DNA of 64,000 nucleotides from Anthoceros angustus. Its lineage: Eukaryota > Plantae > Anthocerotophyta. Shown one piece after another: positions 47,901-62,783 of the stretch. A model generated the notes under the pieces. The model saw nothing but the letters and a program-made list of their open reading frames with translations. It made no database searches and was not told the origin of the DNA. How positions within the stretch are numbered: the first letter of the stretch is position 1; each line of letters begins with the position of its first letter. Location of the stretch: contig VJWM01000019.1 of the NCBI GenBank assembly GCA_010909165.1, forward strand, positions 1,426,001 through 1,490,000, given 5' to 3'. Position numbers and translations under genes: made by a program.

Positions 47901-50900
47901 ACAGCAATTCAGTCCAAAGATAAATTCAAAAAACCACCAGGAGCATCTCTGCATAACAGGAACAAGCATCTTACCTGAACCATGCTCACGATGATATCCA
48001 AACCATCGCATTCTCGCATGACCCCTGTAATTGCAAACTCAACCTCCGGATCTTGAGACTCTTCTCTGTCATCTTCAAGCTCTTTGATCATTGGCTCAGT
48101 TGCCTCTCCATCAAGACCCTGCTTATAGCTCAATCTCAATAATGATGCAATTTCAAAGGAAATCACAAGACGGTGACAGACAGGTGGCCTTTCCTCATGT
48201 CAACTACTGACCTGCAATCTGTATGTAACTGTCATTGGAGGACACTCACGACCAGCCTGACCTCCAGCTGCTGCCAGAAGACTTGCACCAATAGTTGAAC
48301 TTGCGGCCTGACTGTGTGCTTTTCTCCAGACCTGCTCATATACCTGGGCTACGCTAAGATCTAAAGCAATAATGTTTCCAGCCACAAGGAGCTCCATCCC
48401 ATAGTCGTCTTCCAGAAGTCCCAGAAGCTCCAGTGATTGACAGATCTTGTTCTTTACATCACGCATAAGTGGCCCAACTTCGAGACTGTTGTAGGGATTC
48501 TTTGTCATAGACCCTCGGATGAACTCCTCCTGTGTGCTGGACTTATTTAGGACCATCATATATGCAGGCTCTGGCTTGGATGGACATATGATGTTGCACA
48601 GCTGCTCCAAAATGAACTACCACAACAAAAACACGTGTGTCATGCACAGATACATCATCACGAAACAAGTCCATGCCACTAACGTGGCATAAGCTGCTTA
48701 CCAGAGGAGTACGATCCTTTCTGTCTTGGCAATGTATCTGAAGACCAGCGATGCAAGCTCGTATGAAGTGGCGCTTATTTTCATAACTTTCCTGCAGAAG
48801 ACTGTCAAGTAGTTCACGGAGGAGCCTACCACAATCACCTGTGAGCTTTGTCTTTTGCACAATCAATCCTCTAATAGCCAGGAGCGCTTCTAAAACTTGT
48901 GCCAATAGCTCTTCTTTCATGAACCTGTCACAAATTCAACTAGATGTCACCCACCAGTCCTCCAAGAGTTTCTGTGCACGTATGCTAACTGGAAGCAGCG
49001 GAACACCTCTGCACAGGTAAAGCACTGGCGTTTCCATTCAATCAAAATCATCCAACAGAAAGACATACCTCGCCCGAATATTAGGAACTTGCAGAAACTT
49101 ATTTAACAATTCAATTAGCTTGTGCAGAATATAGCCCTGCGAAATGTCAGTGTGAAAACTGTGCTCCTGAGCTTGTATGTGTTTTACTTCGTCGGCTATT
49201 AGACCACAAGCTGTCTTCAAAAAGCCTCTCACTGTGAGATATAGCCGAGCTTCTTCTATCTCAACCATCTTGAATAGAAGCTCAAAATAATCGGCTGCAC
49301 TCTCGCCCGCGGCACGTGTGGCAGGCAGGAGAGTCATAAGGAGATTGAGGAATCTGGACCGTCGGGACGAGCTTTGTGAGCATAGCACCTCTATCAACCC
49401 ACACATCTCTGCTCTAATTGCTTGTGAGCATGCACTCAACACGAGTCCATTCACCCACGAACTTTCCTCAAAGGCTGCCAACTCGTCAGTGACAGGCACC
49501 TTGCAAGCCTTTCTCTTCCACCTGAGCACACATTTTAGGGCTAAGTAATCTACCCGGTTGAGGTCCTTTTTAACCCCTGCTGCAGTTGGTTTCAGGTTCG
49601 GTGAAACAGTGTACTCCCTCCTCACAAAATCTGAAAAGGAGGTTCCATTTTTCCACTCTGCATAGTTGATGAGAGGTAACTCGGGGGCCTTCAATTCTTG
49701 TTCACCATCCTTCTGACATGAGCCAGGAGCAGGCTTTGGCAGCATGTTAGTCTGCATCACAGATACACTCCTCACAGGCTCATCAGAGGATGGCTCAGGT
49801 CGTGATGACGGTGGAGCAACACCTGGCTCGGTTTCCGGCTTCGGAGGAGTACATAGTTGGGACACAATCTTTAAGCAAGGGAGAATAATGTGCTCAGCAA
49901 TAACAGGGTGACGGGCTCCTAGCTCGATCGACCGAAACAACAGCTGAAAGACTACTCGCAAACGAGCCTCCCAAAAGTCATCATTCAAAGAGCAAGTCTC
50001 AGACAGCAACTGCAGCTCATCCCTGACACAAGATGCAATATCCATGGATCGATGATGCTCGAGGCAGTAGATAGCCTTCTGCTGTATCAAACTGTTCAGC
50101 TCAGCAACAGCTGATCCATCACCTTCTGTAAAAGCGCAAAGCACGGCTCTAGCTTGAATCCTTGCTGTCCTAGGACCTTGATGGATATTGTTCTCAAACA
50201 GTTCCCGCAAGATACCTCCTGCAACCAATTGTTGCCGACACTGCTGCTGCCTTGCTAAAACTTGCAACCATTCCAAGCAGTGCCCAACAAAAGTATTAGC
50301 ACAACCAAAGCATCTATTAGGAGGTCTCGGAGATACCACCACCCTCGGTGCAGAATGTCCCCTCAAGTTCTTCCGTTCAAGATAAGACATGAGGACTCGT
50401 CGAAGACCTTGCAGTGTCTGCACACTTTTGCTGACAGAGTCAAAAGCCATCTTACACTTCTCACCATACAGCACCCCTAGAATGGCTATCTTTCGGTTGG
50501 TCTTAAACGAAGGAGATCCAGGAAGGTTGACCATCATCTGCTGTACGGAATCCTTCTGCTGGGAATCCAAATCCGATTCTCCAATACTCGACACAAGTTT
50601 CATCAATGGCTTCTTGAAACCAAGAAGCTGCTGATACCTCCTGTGGGCATTTTCAGATTCTGCCTCAATAGCTGCTAGCCCCTTCTTCATATCGTCTTCA
50701 TTTTCCATGCTATCAAATGTAAAGCTTGGTTTAGCCATGAAATTGAACTCGAAACGGCCATATTTACTGTACCCACACTCGTTACATAGAAAAGAATCAA
50801 GGTTCTCATAGTTGATATTCCTGCATTGCCGACACTGATATGCATTCTCATGGCAGTTGCTGCAGATACCATGCTTATCTGTGACAAATCGACTACACCT

Positions 50901-53900
50901 TGGGCACTGAAGAGATTCAAGCGATGATGCCTGCAAGTTCTCATAGAAGGAATCCAACTCAATCATAAAGTTACAAGCCGTTATTGGAATAGAAAAGTCC
51001 ACCTTCAGCTCTGTTTGATTGACAGTCAATTGACAGCACCGAGCCCGCTTCCAAAGCGACCAATTATTCTTTAGCTCTGAAAGATCAGCAACAGGCCTGT
51101 TGTTGTAATACAGGTTAAGCACTTTAACGGACTTGGATCTTCGAGCATCATGCACGTTCATAGTCACACTCTGAATAGTATGACTCCCGACACATTTCAC
51201 AAGAATTCTGTTATCTGTGAACTTTGTTTCTGCCTTGAGACTGTCTAGTTTCATGCGGGTGTAAGGAACCTCGGGACTGCTGCAGGCTAGACAAGGTTCA
51301 CTCTCCAGATAATAACCATCAAATTCGACCAAACTGGCCAGAGTGTTGTAGATCCGGGAGTTTGGATGATTTGCAAGTAGCTCATTCTGTGCACACAACG
51401 TGCTATATATTCTTTTGACCACATCAGCATTCAAGCATCCTTGCACGGCAGCCATCTCCTGGCCATTGAGACCCCCTTCTGAACCCCCCTTGCCAAGAAG
51501 CCAAGTTAACAAATCAGTGTATTCGACAATGTTCTGACCATACGAAGGCAAAAGTGGAACCCTCTCCAGCAACAGCGTCAGTATCAGGATTCGAAAGGGC
51601 AGCCTGCCATGGTGCCAAGCACCATGCAGAACCGATTTTGCCTCGGAGCGTACTGACGTGGCATTCCACTCCAGCAGAAATTTATCAACAAACTGCCTTA
51701 GGATCTTACCATCCTCGGCAGCTAGCTGATCCACAGCTGCTTCCATATCTAAATAAACCTTTTCACTTGTACTCACTGAAGAGAGAGTTTCATCACTGCC
51801 ACCTTTCCTCTTCTTCCTTCCATTCACCATCTGTGCTGCTTTTGCTGAAGTTGCAGCAGCACCGGACGCAGAGGTTACTGGGTCAGGTATTTCTGCAGCT
51901 GCAACTCTTGCTGAAGTACCTCCAAGTTCTTTGCCAGTATAAAACACTAACATCAACAGCTTCAGAGTTTGGACAACCGATTCTTCCCCAAAGGAGAACA
52001 CCCCGTTTAGAAGAAACTGAAGGACATCGATATGACGGACGCAGTATTTCTGCCAATTCCGAGGCCTAGCCACAGCTACATCCACAATAACTGTCAGACA
52101 TTTCACCAGTTTGACGCTCCTTTCATACGACACTGGCACCTGAAATCCACCTGACTTCTGAGCCAGCTTGTTAAGCCTCTTAACCTCCCGGCTAAGCTGC
52201 CAGGCATCACGCACATTGTAATAATGCCCTTTCGTCCCGCACATATGCAACAATAGCTTCCTTGCATACTTTCTGATAAAGGTTGTGTGAGGATTGTTTA
52301 TGTAGCTACATAGTATTTCTTGCCATCCTTCCAACTTAAGCTCTGGACTAGAACAACTTCTGGAATTCTGGTCCTTATCACTGCCCTTCTCCAGTTTATC
52401 CGGTCGAACAAGACTGTATGTCAACCGGAAAGTATTCTCTAGGAGCAGGCGGTGAAACTCCCCAAAAAGATCCCCCCTGTGAGCTTTTGCATATGAATCC
52501 GAAAAATATGGAGTGAAGCTTCCAGAAGCAAACTCACGTCTGGCTGTCAACAGAGCCCCACATGCTGCACCCCCTGCGCTGGGCAGGCTCGATTCTGATG
52601 CTCTAGAAGAAATTTTGAAATTGTTACTCAGTTGTTGCACAATATTGAGCAGATACGACAAGAAGGGTTGCTGACGCAAGGCAGAGCATGCTTTATCCAA
52701 CTGAGATCCTCCTTCGTTAGCAGCTTGACCCTCACTGGGACATGGTGAACTTGATCCTGAGAAAGACACCGTCATGGCAGCCTCACTGCTTAAAGGGGCA
52801 GCTCGGCTCTGAGAGTGATCTGACCCAGGTTGGTGCCAGTTCCTTAGCACAAGTGTGAAGAACATAAAGACCAAGATGATCACCTCACCAAAATTTGTCC
52901 GCACCTTAACCGATAACGGAGCTGATAAATCCATCTCTTTCAGGAGCAACTTGATAAGCCTTTCCAGATTGAGACTTCCACTGTCCAGTGTTGGCTCCAC
53001 CAGTGGCCCTGAAGATGCTGATGCCAGGCGATAGAATAACTGCATAATAGGAACTGCCTGGGAACCTGAACTTGTCCTCATCCACCCGTGTATATCTTCG
53101 ACAAGGCGATGCAGGAGAAAAGAATTTACTGCACTTTTGGAGGCGGAAAACACAAACCCCTTTGAGCCATCCAACACTGTATGGACAAGCCCAGTGCTAT
53201 CACTGCCTTCAACTCCAGCCACAATAGGGGGGCTGCCAGCAGCCTGTAGGCTGAGTTCTGTTGCCATCTGCAACAAGCTCTCATCACTCAAATCATCAAT
53301 AGCTGAATATTGAAGATCACCAGGATCTCCTCCTGCTGCCTCCATCTCTATGGGGATTGCAGACATGGGATGATCCCTTGTATGAGGAGGAGGAAGTTGA
53401 TCTGCATCCATCACTTCATAGCAACCTTCACAAAGATCAAAATCGTCACAGACGTTACAATGCCATCGGCGTCTGAGTATTGGCACAGTTGAGCAGCCAT
53501 CACAGCAATACTGGACAGATGCAGTGCTTGGATCTTCTTCCACCATGACTTGGGCAGAGCCAATTGTCCCATGCCCACCTTCCAGAGGTGATGACGTTGC
53601 TCGAGAACTTTCTGCAACATCATCCATGGCCAGCATTGTTTGCTTTGGAAGGGGTACTTGCAGCAACCTTGACGAAATTGCCAGACTGCAGAACACAGAT
53701 CCAATCATAAATTTCAACTGTAGAGCATCAGGCATAAGAGAAAATCAATCAACCCGTGAATAATTGTACTAAGCACCATATCTATACCTGCATGATGTTC
53801 GAACTGCCTCATATGGAGAAAACAATAGTTTTCTCACCAAAACAACTGCAGGTGCGACTGCTACGTCAGCAGGAGCTGAGCGAGTTCCATGTGTAGAGAG

Positions 53901-56900
53901 ACACTCGGCATAACTATAGATGAGGTCAACCATAGGTATAACCAAGTTGTTAATGCTTTGAGCGTCAAGTTGCTCTCTAACAAGAATCTCCCAAAGAATT
54001 TTAACTAGTCCATCCACAACTGCGGAGCCTGCAACCAAGGAAAATCAGGTCAGAAGCGTTTTCATGTGGTAACAGGCCCAGCCACTTTCAGTTGAGAGGG
54101 CTCCACATCGCAAGCTCTAAGAACTGTTGACAACATAACACACTGGCATCCCAGACGCCTCCCCATCTATTATACATACTTACCATGCTGTTCTAGAAAG
54201 CTTGCCAGGTTTGATTGGCGATGAAGCGCAATCTTACAAACTGATCTCATTTGTGCAGAAAATTCCTGTACAACCCAAGATGTTGTAGACCCTCCAGCAG
54301 CTATATTTGATACAAGCAGTGGGCAAGAACGAGCAACTCCAGCCAAACGCATAGTGTCCTTTGCCTGCAGGGATGCAGAGCTATGCATTAGTATCACCAG
54401 CATCCAAAACCTCTGGAAAGTCAGACTCACTGGGATGTCTCACCTGATAGTATGTTTCTTTTGCAGGATAGAGAGCTCGAAGAACATGCCTAGCTGCAGA
54501 CTGCAAAAGCGGCTGTCTGTCAGTTTCAAAAATCACTTCCAAGACAGGCATGCACTTCTTCCTACTCAGTACAACCCTTGCTTCATCTGTCTCCAGTAGC
54601 AACAGCATTCTGTGTGCCAGATAATAGCCATACAACAATCTCAAGCTGTCAGAAAGAATGTTTTCTGGCAATGATCCACTGTGCAGCACTTTATGCTTGG
54701 CCTTTCCATTTCCAGCGCCAGATAATGAAGTAGCTGTTCCATGCCCTTGAGACTCCATGTCCAGGACAGCATCCAGTTTCTCTTTCCATCCAAATTCATC
54801 TTTGGACCGTCCATAGATCTCGAGATTATCAACCCGTGGCAAAGAAGACCCATTGAACGTTGGACCCACTGTAATTGTTATTTCCTCATCAGCTAAGAGA
54901 GCTTCAGAATTTGTAAATGGTATGTCGTACCAGCAGCGCACACCTTCCTCTAGCCGTATCGTTCGTTGGAAAACACGAACCTCTGAGGGAATATGGCTAG
55001 CTGAGGTGTTTCCAACATGAACTCTACAGCCAACCATCACTTGCTCTGGATTAACATTGAGCACCACAATCTGTTCACACACAGGGCATAGCATCGTCAG
55101 ACAGGATACACGTCACAAACAAGAGAACCACAGCCATCAGGAAGGCAATTCCAAAATTGATGTAGAGAGACTATCTTCTGCAGAACCAAAAAGAGAAAAC
55201 AGAACTAACATCCGAAACCTTCTGTGACGTTGTTAGAGATTTACCCTGAACCCACTGGCATTTGGACCTTCCAAGAAGCCATCTTCTGATGAGAGACTCA
55301 TCTTTATACTTTCAGAATCGGTATTCCTTAGCATATCACCACCAAATTTCACCTCTGATGTGATGCATGTGGTCTTCTCAAAAAAGTCCAAAGGAAAGAC
55401 TGGTGCAGTTCCATTGCTGGCCCGGTTTCCAAGTAGCATAGCACCTAGTTTCTTCACCTGCTCTGCTTCCAGGCTGGAACTATGCCTTTGTGAATCCATG
55501 TTCAAGGAACTGTTGACTGCATCCAAATGGGAGGCCAGGTATGCATACACTTGCAGGCTGCCATCATCATGCAGTGTCAAGATTGTGTGTCTGTCCTTTG
55601 ACAAGGGCCTGTATGATGCCACACCATCCATCCGCATAGAGGTAGCATTACCAGCTGCTCGAAGATACTGGCAATGAACCTCAGCATTTCCTATGTGAAC
55701 TGCAACAGCTGAGTTTGATCTCGCACTAGAGAGACACACAAAAAGGCCACTCCCCTCAAACATCTCTCTCCAATGATGCAGCCCTGCAGGTTTTCTCTTT
55801 CCGTCTGATTCAGCCTCAAAAATGCTGGAAACCTGAAGAATTCCTGTTGCATCTTGATTCATACGGGCAATTAAGGACGTACCATCACTGTATGAGAGGA
55901 GAAGGACTTTTCTACAGGCATAGTAGCAGATAGACACACCCTTCATAGGTCTGTACATGTCTGGCAGCTGTATGTTCTCTGTCAAGATGCGTGAACCTGA
56001 ATCAGCCCCAACACCAACATGCTGGCTGTACAGGACCCCTTGATGTGAGAGTACCAAAGCTACCAGGCGGCCCTGCCCAACTGGTATAACAGTTGCATCA
56101 GCAATTGAGTCCTCAATGACAGTAAAATAATGCGAGGGACTGATTTTATCTTGTGACAAGTCATAGATTTTAACAAACTTGTTGGTTACCACCAGCAACT
56201 GAACTTGTGATCCAGGAACCCAAGCAACACGGCGAATGTGGGCATCCTGCAATGCAAGCTCAAGAGCCAGTCGGTCTGTGACCTCACCACGAGGATGTAC
56301 AGTGAAGATCTGGCAATCCTCAAAACCTGCAACTGCTAAATAACTCTCATTGGCACTGTTGAAGGCCAGATGCACAATTTCAAATCGAACTGAATTCCTC
56401 GAGAGGGGCTTCACTGTAGTCTTATCCACTGTCACTGGAATTGCGGTAGGCTGGCCTATAAGCTGCCCGACGTCAAATATCGTAACCTTATCCCCCTCTC
56501 CAGCAGCAAGTCTGCCTCGACTGCTCACACTGAGAAGAGACTTGACAATAGAACCACTGACAAGATGAGATTTCAGCTCCCTTGCATTTGAGTACTCTGC
56601 TTTTATTTTCATATCCAGCGATCCACTCTTGTAAGCCCTCTTCAGGTGTAGATCAGCGGCAGAAAGAAGGATCTTGGCATCCCCTAGGACTATTTCCTCA
56701 TCCTTTCCTGCTGCCACCTTCAGTCCCAGATTCAAGTCAGTTGACAATCTTTGACATAACGATATGACACGGGCCTCCACATCTACATCTGCAAACAGAG
56801 CCAACAATTTCCTCTCATCTCCTTCCGATATGGAAATTCTGAGACTAGAATCGCCTTCTGGCTGGTCCTCCTCATCTGCATCTGAGTCGCTATCAGATTG

Positions 56901-59900
56901 AGGCAGATGGACTTGTGGCGGAGTAAGAGGAATAAAATGCTCCGCAACATTGCTGGTTGAAGCCGTAGCACCCCCAGAAACAGGAGACACATATTTTCGT
57001 GGCTTAAGGCAGAGGCAGGTACTACCACGGACACCTCCAGCTCCACAGTCACAGAAAAAGCGGCTCAGGCGTGAGTACACCACCTTGTGCCCGCGATGAC
57101 AAACTTTGGCGCATACCGAGCAGCAGCCTTTTGAAACTGTTAAATCGCAGGTGTAACAGAAGTACCAATGTTGCTCCATAAAGTTGCTCCCACTTGATGT
57201 GAAAGTGCAAACCCTAGATGCTAGAGCTCGTTCACTAGTGCTGGCATCATCTTCGTCGTCTCTTTCCAAACTCACCGGTTCTCCATCAGATGTAGCATCG
57301 TCTTCATCATCTTCCACTGACGTTGCATCACAATCACCAGAAGCTCCTCCTGGCTCCACAGGTGGGCGTAACATATGCTCACTTTTGCAGAAGATACTCT
57401 CTTTCGCTTTTGCACCTGCTGACCCCAGGCGAGAAAGTTCTTGACTGCCATCCAAAGTCCTGCTCTGAAAATGTGCCTTGTAAGCACCACATGCGGACAG
57501 CACCGAATTCAGAAATGACAGAAGGCTAGCGAACCCTTCCAAATGGCCATTGTTGACAGGTAACTTGGCAAGAAGTTCAACAACATGCCTCACCACCGAG
57601 CTCAACAGAGGCTCACCCACTGCTAGCTGAACAAGTAGTCCGAAGTACGTTCTTGAAGCCAGAGCATCATAAGCAAGAAAAGCTCGTTCCAAGTTCAACA
57701 GCATTGCTCCCACCAGATGAGCCCTTAAGTTATCTCTCAGTTCATTTTCCTTGCCCTCTGATGACAGCAGAGCCTGAGCAAAAAGTGTTGCCAGATCTCT
57801 GACAGACGAGGGAGCACTTCGAGTGGAGGCACCACCAGTAGATACATCAGAAAACTGACCCAGAAGCCTATGCTCCAACCAGCCAGCCAGAACTGGGGGA
57901 GACATGCTCAGGAACTTCTTCTGCACATCTTGCTTGAAGCCAGATTGCACAACCGGTTCAAGAGAAAGCAGATCAATCAGTAGCTGTAAAACTTTCACAT
58001 TCACCACTTCACTGGTGCAGCCAGCCAGTACATCCACAAGCAAGCAGAATCCTGTACTGTGACCAGAGCCTTTTGAAGATTCTGATACTACCAGTCCTAA
58101 TTGCTTTCTTGCCCATCTGTCCGATTCTGATCGGGACAAAAGGTGAGCTCGAAGAGCTTCAAACCTGATAGGATCACTCCGAATGCTGTTGATGACTTCA
58201 GCTGCCTGGACTGCAACCACTTCCTTCACTGCCCCATCTACACTCTTCAGGGAGCATAGTGAAAGCAATACATTCTCGACATGTTTCAGCACAGAGATGT
58301 CACTCATTCTGGTCAATTCCTCCTTGGAGGGTACTAATGTACTGAGAAGTAAAGAGCATTTAGAGTGAACATTTTCAAACGTGCTATCAAGCATAACCGT
58401 GTGCAAGATGGCCTGCAGATCTCCCAGATCCACAATATTCACTACACCTCCTCGTACTAGAGTCTGGCATTTGATAAGCTCTTGCACTGTGTCTAGGATT
58501 GTCTCTATCACGAGCATGCATGAGGCTATTCCAGCACTACCTGGATTTACAGTTGCAGGAAAACCATGCAGCAGAGCTGGAAGGAATATGTAAGAAGGAT
58601 CCCTAAAGTCTCCTTTCTCGTGACTGGACCCAAATAACAAAGCCATGGTCTCACCCAGCCACGTTGAAGATGAACCCCACCTGAGAAGTGATTGCACTGT
58701 TGCAGTGCCAATTCCAGACTTGTCGAGGAGATCCTGCTGCTTGCTCCTACTCAAGCACCCTTTCAACAACAGGTCTAAGGAGGCAAGGAACTTGTTGCCC
58801 GGGTACCTGCTGCTGAGAACATGCAAGAGGCAAGTTCGAAGAGCAGTGACATACCAGGCCAGCATGGAAGACAGCACCTTGATTAACTTCATGGACTGGG
58901 CATCGTGAAAAAGAAGCACCACTGATTCTTCAAGGAATTTGAGCAACCCGCCATAACTGCTGATATCTGCAACATAGTCCCCTCCTTGAGAACCCTTGAC
59001 AGATACAGCCCACAGTCCAGCCCGTAGAGACGAAAGCAACAGGTTCAAGGATGCATTTCGCCTCAGAAAATCCCAAGAAATCAGATTCTTAGCCCCTCCC
59101 TCCTGCAGCATCACGTCTACCGCAGACAGTGTATGCATCAAATTTGATACCCACTCCTTGACATCCAAGCTGCACTCCTTCTGGATGCTGCTGTGGAAGC
59201 ACCTGGAGAGACTGATGAAGAAATCAGCACCTAAAAGACCGCCATTGCTTAACTGAGCTAAATCCCGGGTCACAACAGGTTTCAAAGCTGGGCCGATAGT
59301 CCGTGCAATATTCCAGACCAGGACAAAAATGTATCTTTCAAGTATTAGCTCATCCACAGTGGTAATTGTCTTGCCTCTCCATGTCTCGAGAATGTCACCA
59401 AGACATTGTGCCAGTTCAGATAGGTCTGGGTACAAGGAACTCAGCTCAGGAGAATCTGCCAGTCCCACTTGCTCTGCAATACTGCCAATGTCAAACAGCT
59501 GCTGAATAGAGACTTCATCCAGGTGATGCTCATCCACTCTTTGATCCTTCAGTACTTTCTTTGCAATACGGGCCGACAAGGACAGAGCAGGCCCATCCTC
59601 AACAGCCACATTGACTGCTTTCACAGGTTGATGCCTTACATTATCCCTCATGTGCAACAACAACCATCTGGGGAAGTTGTTGAAGTGGAGCACCAAGTAC
59701 CTGATTGCTAGCAACAGCCTTGATACAAGCAAAGATGAAGCCGCCAAAGCATTGCCTATGTTATTCTGCTTCTCACAGACATACAATGATTTCAATGCTA
59801 AGAATAGGTTACGGAGTACACTCATCCGGCCTGGCATACTGAGTGAATGGAAGCCTGTGAACAGCACCTCCATGTGGATGACAGAAGGTAAGCTTGCAGC

Positions 59901-62783
59901 AGCCTTTCCAATATTCATCTCCAATACTTTCAAGTTTCGCCCTTTCGATAGAAGGGTATCAGTGAAATTTTTCCAAATCTCTACGGTCACAGGGTCATCA
60001 CCAGTCTTGACTGATCGAGTTACTAAGAGATTGGCCAGGAGTACCAGGCTGTCCTCCGATAGTGCAGAAGCCATGTCAGCTTCCTTGAACATTTGACGGG
60101 CAAGATGTAACTCCAAAGCATCGGACAAGGCACCCCTTAGTATCAGGGCGTGGAGCAGCTCGAACGAACCCTTATGCAGCTGACCAAGCAGGTCTGAACT
60201 TCCTTCAACATCTCCCATCTCATCAATACTCATCCCTCTATCCATCATGCTGGATTGTGAGAAAAGAACTTGAAGAAAGATGTCAACATGTTCCTTAGTC
60301 AGCTGCTTGCAACCAGCAGCAAAAGTCTGTTGGTGCCACTCTGGGGAAAATGCACAATCCTTTAAAAAGCTCAGCACTTGGAATGCCGTCTGAAGGGGGG
60401 TATTGTACAAACCATCTAACTTCTTGGTTGAGGAGCAGCCTTGAGTGTTCCCGTCCGAATTAACGGAATTCCTGCCAGATTCAGAGAAAAGGTCCCCAAA
60501 CAATGCATCATCTTCACTTGCTACAGTTACACAATCGATTGCGCCTATAGCCTCCTCCTCACTTTGAACCGACGACGCAATCTCAACAAGTGGCCTGACC
60601 TTCAGGCCTTGAGCATGAAGAAGACTAGTGACTCCAATAAGATTGTCTAGCCAACGAGCACTGCCAGCAAAAACAACCTCCAGATGCTCCTGCTGACTTC
60701 GTTCTTGGTACAATGCAAAGCTCCGTCCACGAAGCTGTACATTCAGGGATCTGTCCAACCCTCCGGCATCAATATCACTGATCCCCACATTACCAGCTTC
60801 TCTTTTTCCTCCCGGCACTTGGAATCTACTGTGTGAATGAGCATGAATGTCCTGGAACATGCCAAGAAGATGACTGATGACATGTGGAGTGCAGGCCAAT
60901 GGCAACTGCTGGGCAAGAGAGGCTTCATTTCTTGCCTTGGAGAGCTCCAAAGCATCTAATAAGGAGGCCGTGAGATACGTCCTCAAATTGAAAAAAAAGG
61001 TCTGATCTGGCAGAACAACCTCTCCCAACTGAAGCAAGCCCTCCATGACTGCAGGCAGAGGAAAGGCTTGATCATTGTCAAGAATATCCTCTGTGTCCGC
61101 ATTGCTAACATCATGTGTAAGCTTCAAAAACACAGGCACTGTTGCTGCCAGCTCCACCAATTTTGATGTCACGTCCTTCTCTAGCTTTCCACACCCAGAT
61201 TCCCGTGTAATGCTGACCAGCAGCTTCAGAATGCTAGATACCAACGAAGCCTTTCCCTGTGCAAGCCTGTCCTCTTCATCAGAGTCTAGATTCAGGCATG
61301 CATCAAGCGCTGTCTTGCATATGGCTAGCAGACGGGATACACACTGTGTATTCGCCATTGCAAACATTTGTGTTGCAGACAAGATAGTTGTGACAGGCTT
61401 CAGAAGTCCCCCAGAAACCGTACTCCTCGACTCATGGGCAAGAAGTTGCTCACCAGCCAAAAGAGTCAATATACTTCCCGAACTGCCAGCTTCATTATAA
61501 TTACAGGAAGGGTCTACTGTACAACACCAGACCGCAGATGTTATTGCTCCAAAACATAATGCCTGGAGGGGTGCAATCATCAGGACAGGAAGTTGGCAAA
61601 TTGTCATTGCAGAAAGCAACTTCTTGGGTACCTTCAGCGCCTTCATTCATAGACTGGGGTAATTCATCCGCTTGGCAAGCAGCAGATGCAAAATCAAATG
61701 CTGGCACTTCAGACGAAATATCCCCAATCGTGGAAGGTCCTCGCTCCCTAGCTTTCCCCTCCACCAATAGTGCCTCCAAAAGCTGCAACAGCCTGAGCTG
61801 CATCTGATGAGTCACAGAAAAGGAAACGTAAAGTCAGGCACTGCTATCACATTCGCCCTCGTCCAAATCGGCTATGGCAGACACCTAGAGACTCGAAACA
61901 ACCTGCACAAACGTCACTAATGTCTCTAGAACTGTCCTCAGTCAGCACCCTGCGACCTCATGCCAGAAACCCTAACTCTTGCCACCAAGAGACCCTGTCC
62001 TGGCAGTGTGTGCCAATGGAGGTGGTAAGAATTGCAGCAGGTTCAGACGCGACGGTGCTGGGGAGGAAGAAAGCTCCTCCATGGGGTCAAACAATTCAAT
62101 TGCGTAAGCAATGGGTCACCGATTCTACCATCCATCCTTAACCCCGTCATCAGTTCTGCTGTGCAGGATTGCAGACGGCATTCAGGAGCACATTGAAAGG
62201 AGCTGGGAATAGCCTAGTCCGCAAAGACGCTCGTGCATTCCCTGCCGGAGACTGTAGCTGGAGTACGAGCAGAGTGTGATTACCTCCTGGATCGAAGGAG
62301 AGACGGTGATTGCGTGCGGTTGCTGGACATAATGCTCCAAGCCGCGCAAAGAAAGGCGCACCGCCAGAGCAGACACCTGTTGAACAACCTCTTTCTCCCC
62401 GGAATCTGCAGCCACCAAAGTCCGCATTGAGCCTGCTGCTGCCCGGCAATGCGACGAGCCAGAATTGCGGCCGGTGCGGCCTGGATGCAGCAAAACAGGA
62501 AAACAGCAGCATTGGGAATGACGAACAATCCAGACACCAATTGCAGAGTGCAGATCCCCGGACCTAGCACCAAATCGCAGGAAGCAGCGACGAGCGCCTC
62601 GAGAAGTGCCAATACTAAGTCCCACTGCTGCTTGCTCCAGCGCGCCAGGCCCTGGTCTCCCAGGCCGGCGAGCAGAATCGCGGCAAGCTGGCGCAGCCCG
62701 GCCTGGAGCGCGGGGTCGGGGAGGCGCGCCAGCAGGCCCCCCCGCTGCTCCAGGACCTGGGCGAGCTTGTGCAGCGGGTCCAT
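44947..62783 (-). CDS. BIG: BIG/DOC1/TIR3 (UBR4 ortholog), giant E3-ligase-like auxin-transport protein, multi-exon
   Basis: UBR box ([30 protein letters not shown]), ZZ finger ([20 protein letters not shown]), Cys-rich region ([18 protein letters not shown]) and C-terminal ACMVCREGY...FNVIHFQCH. Two very large exons (about 6.2 and 4.6 kb). Confidence 0.96.
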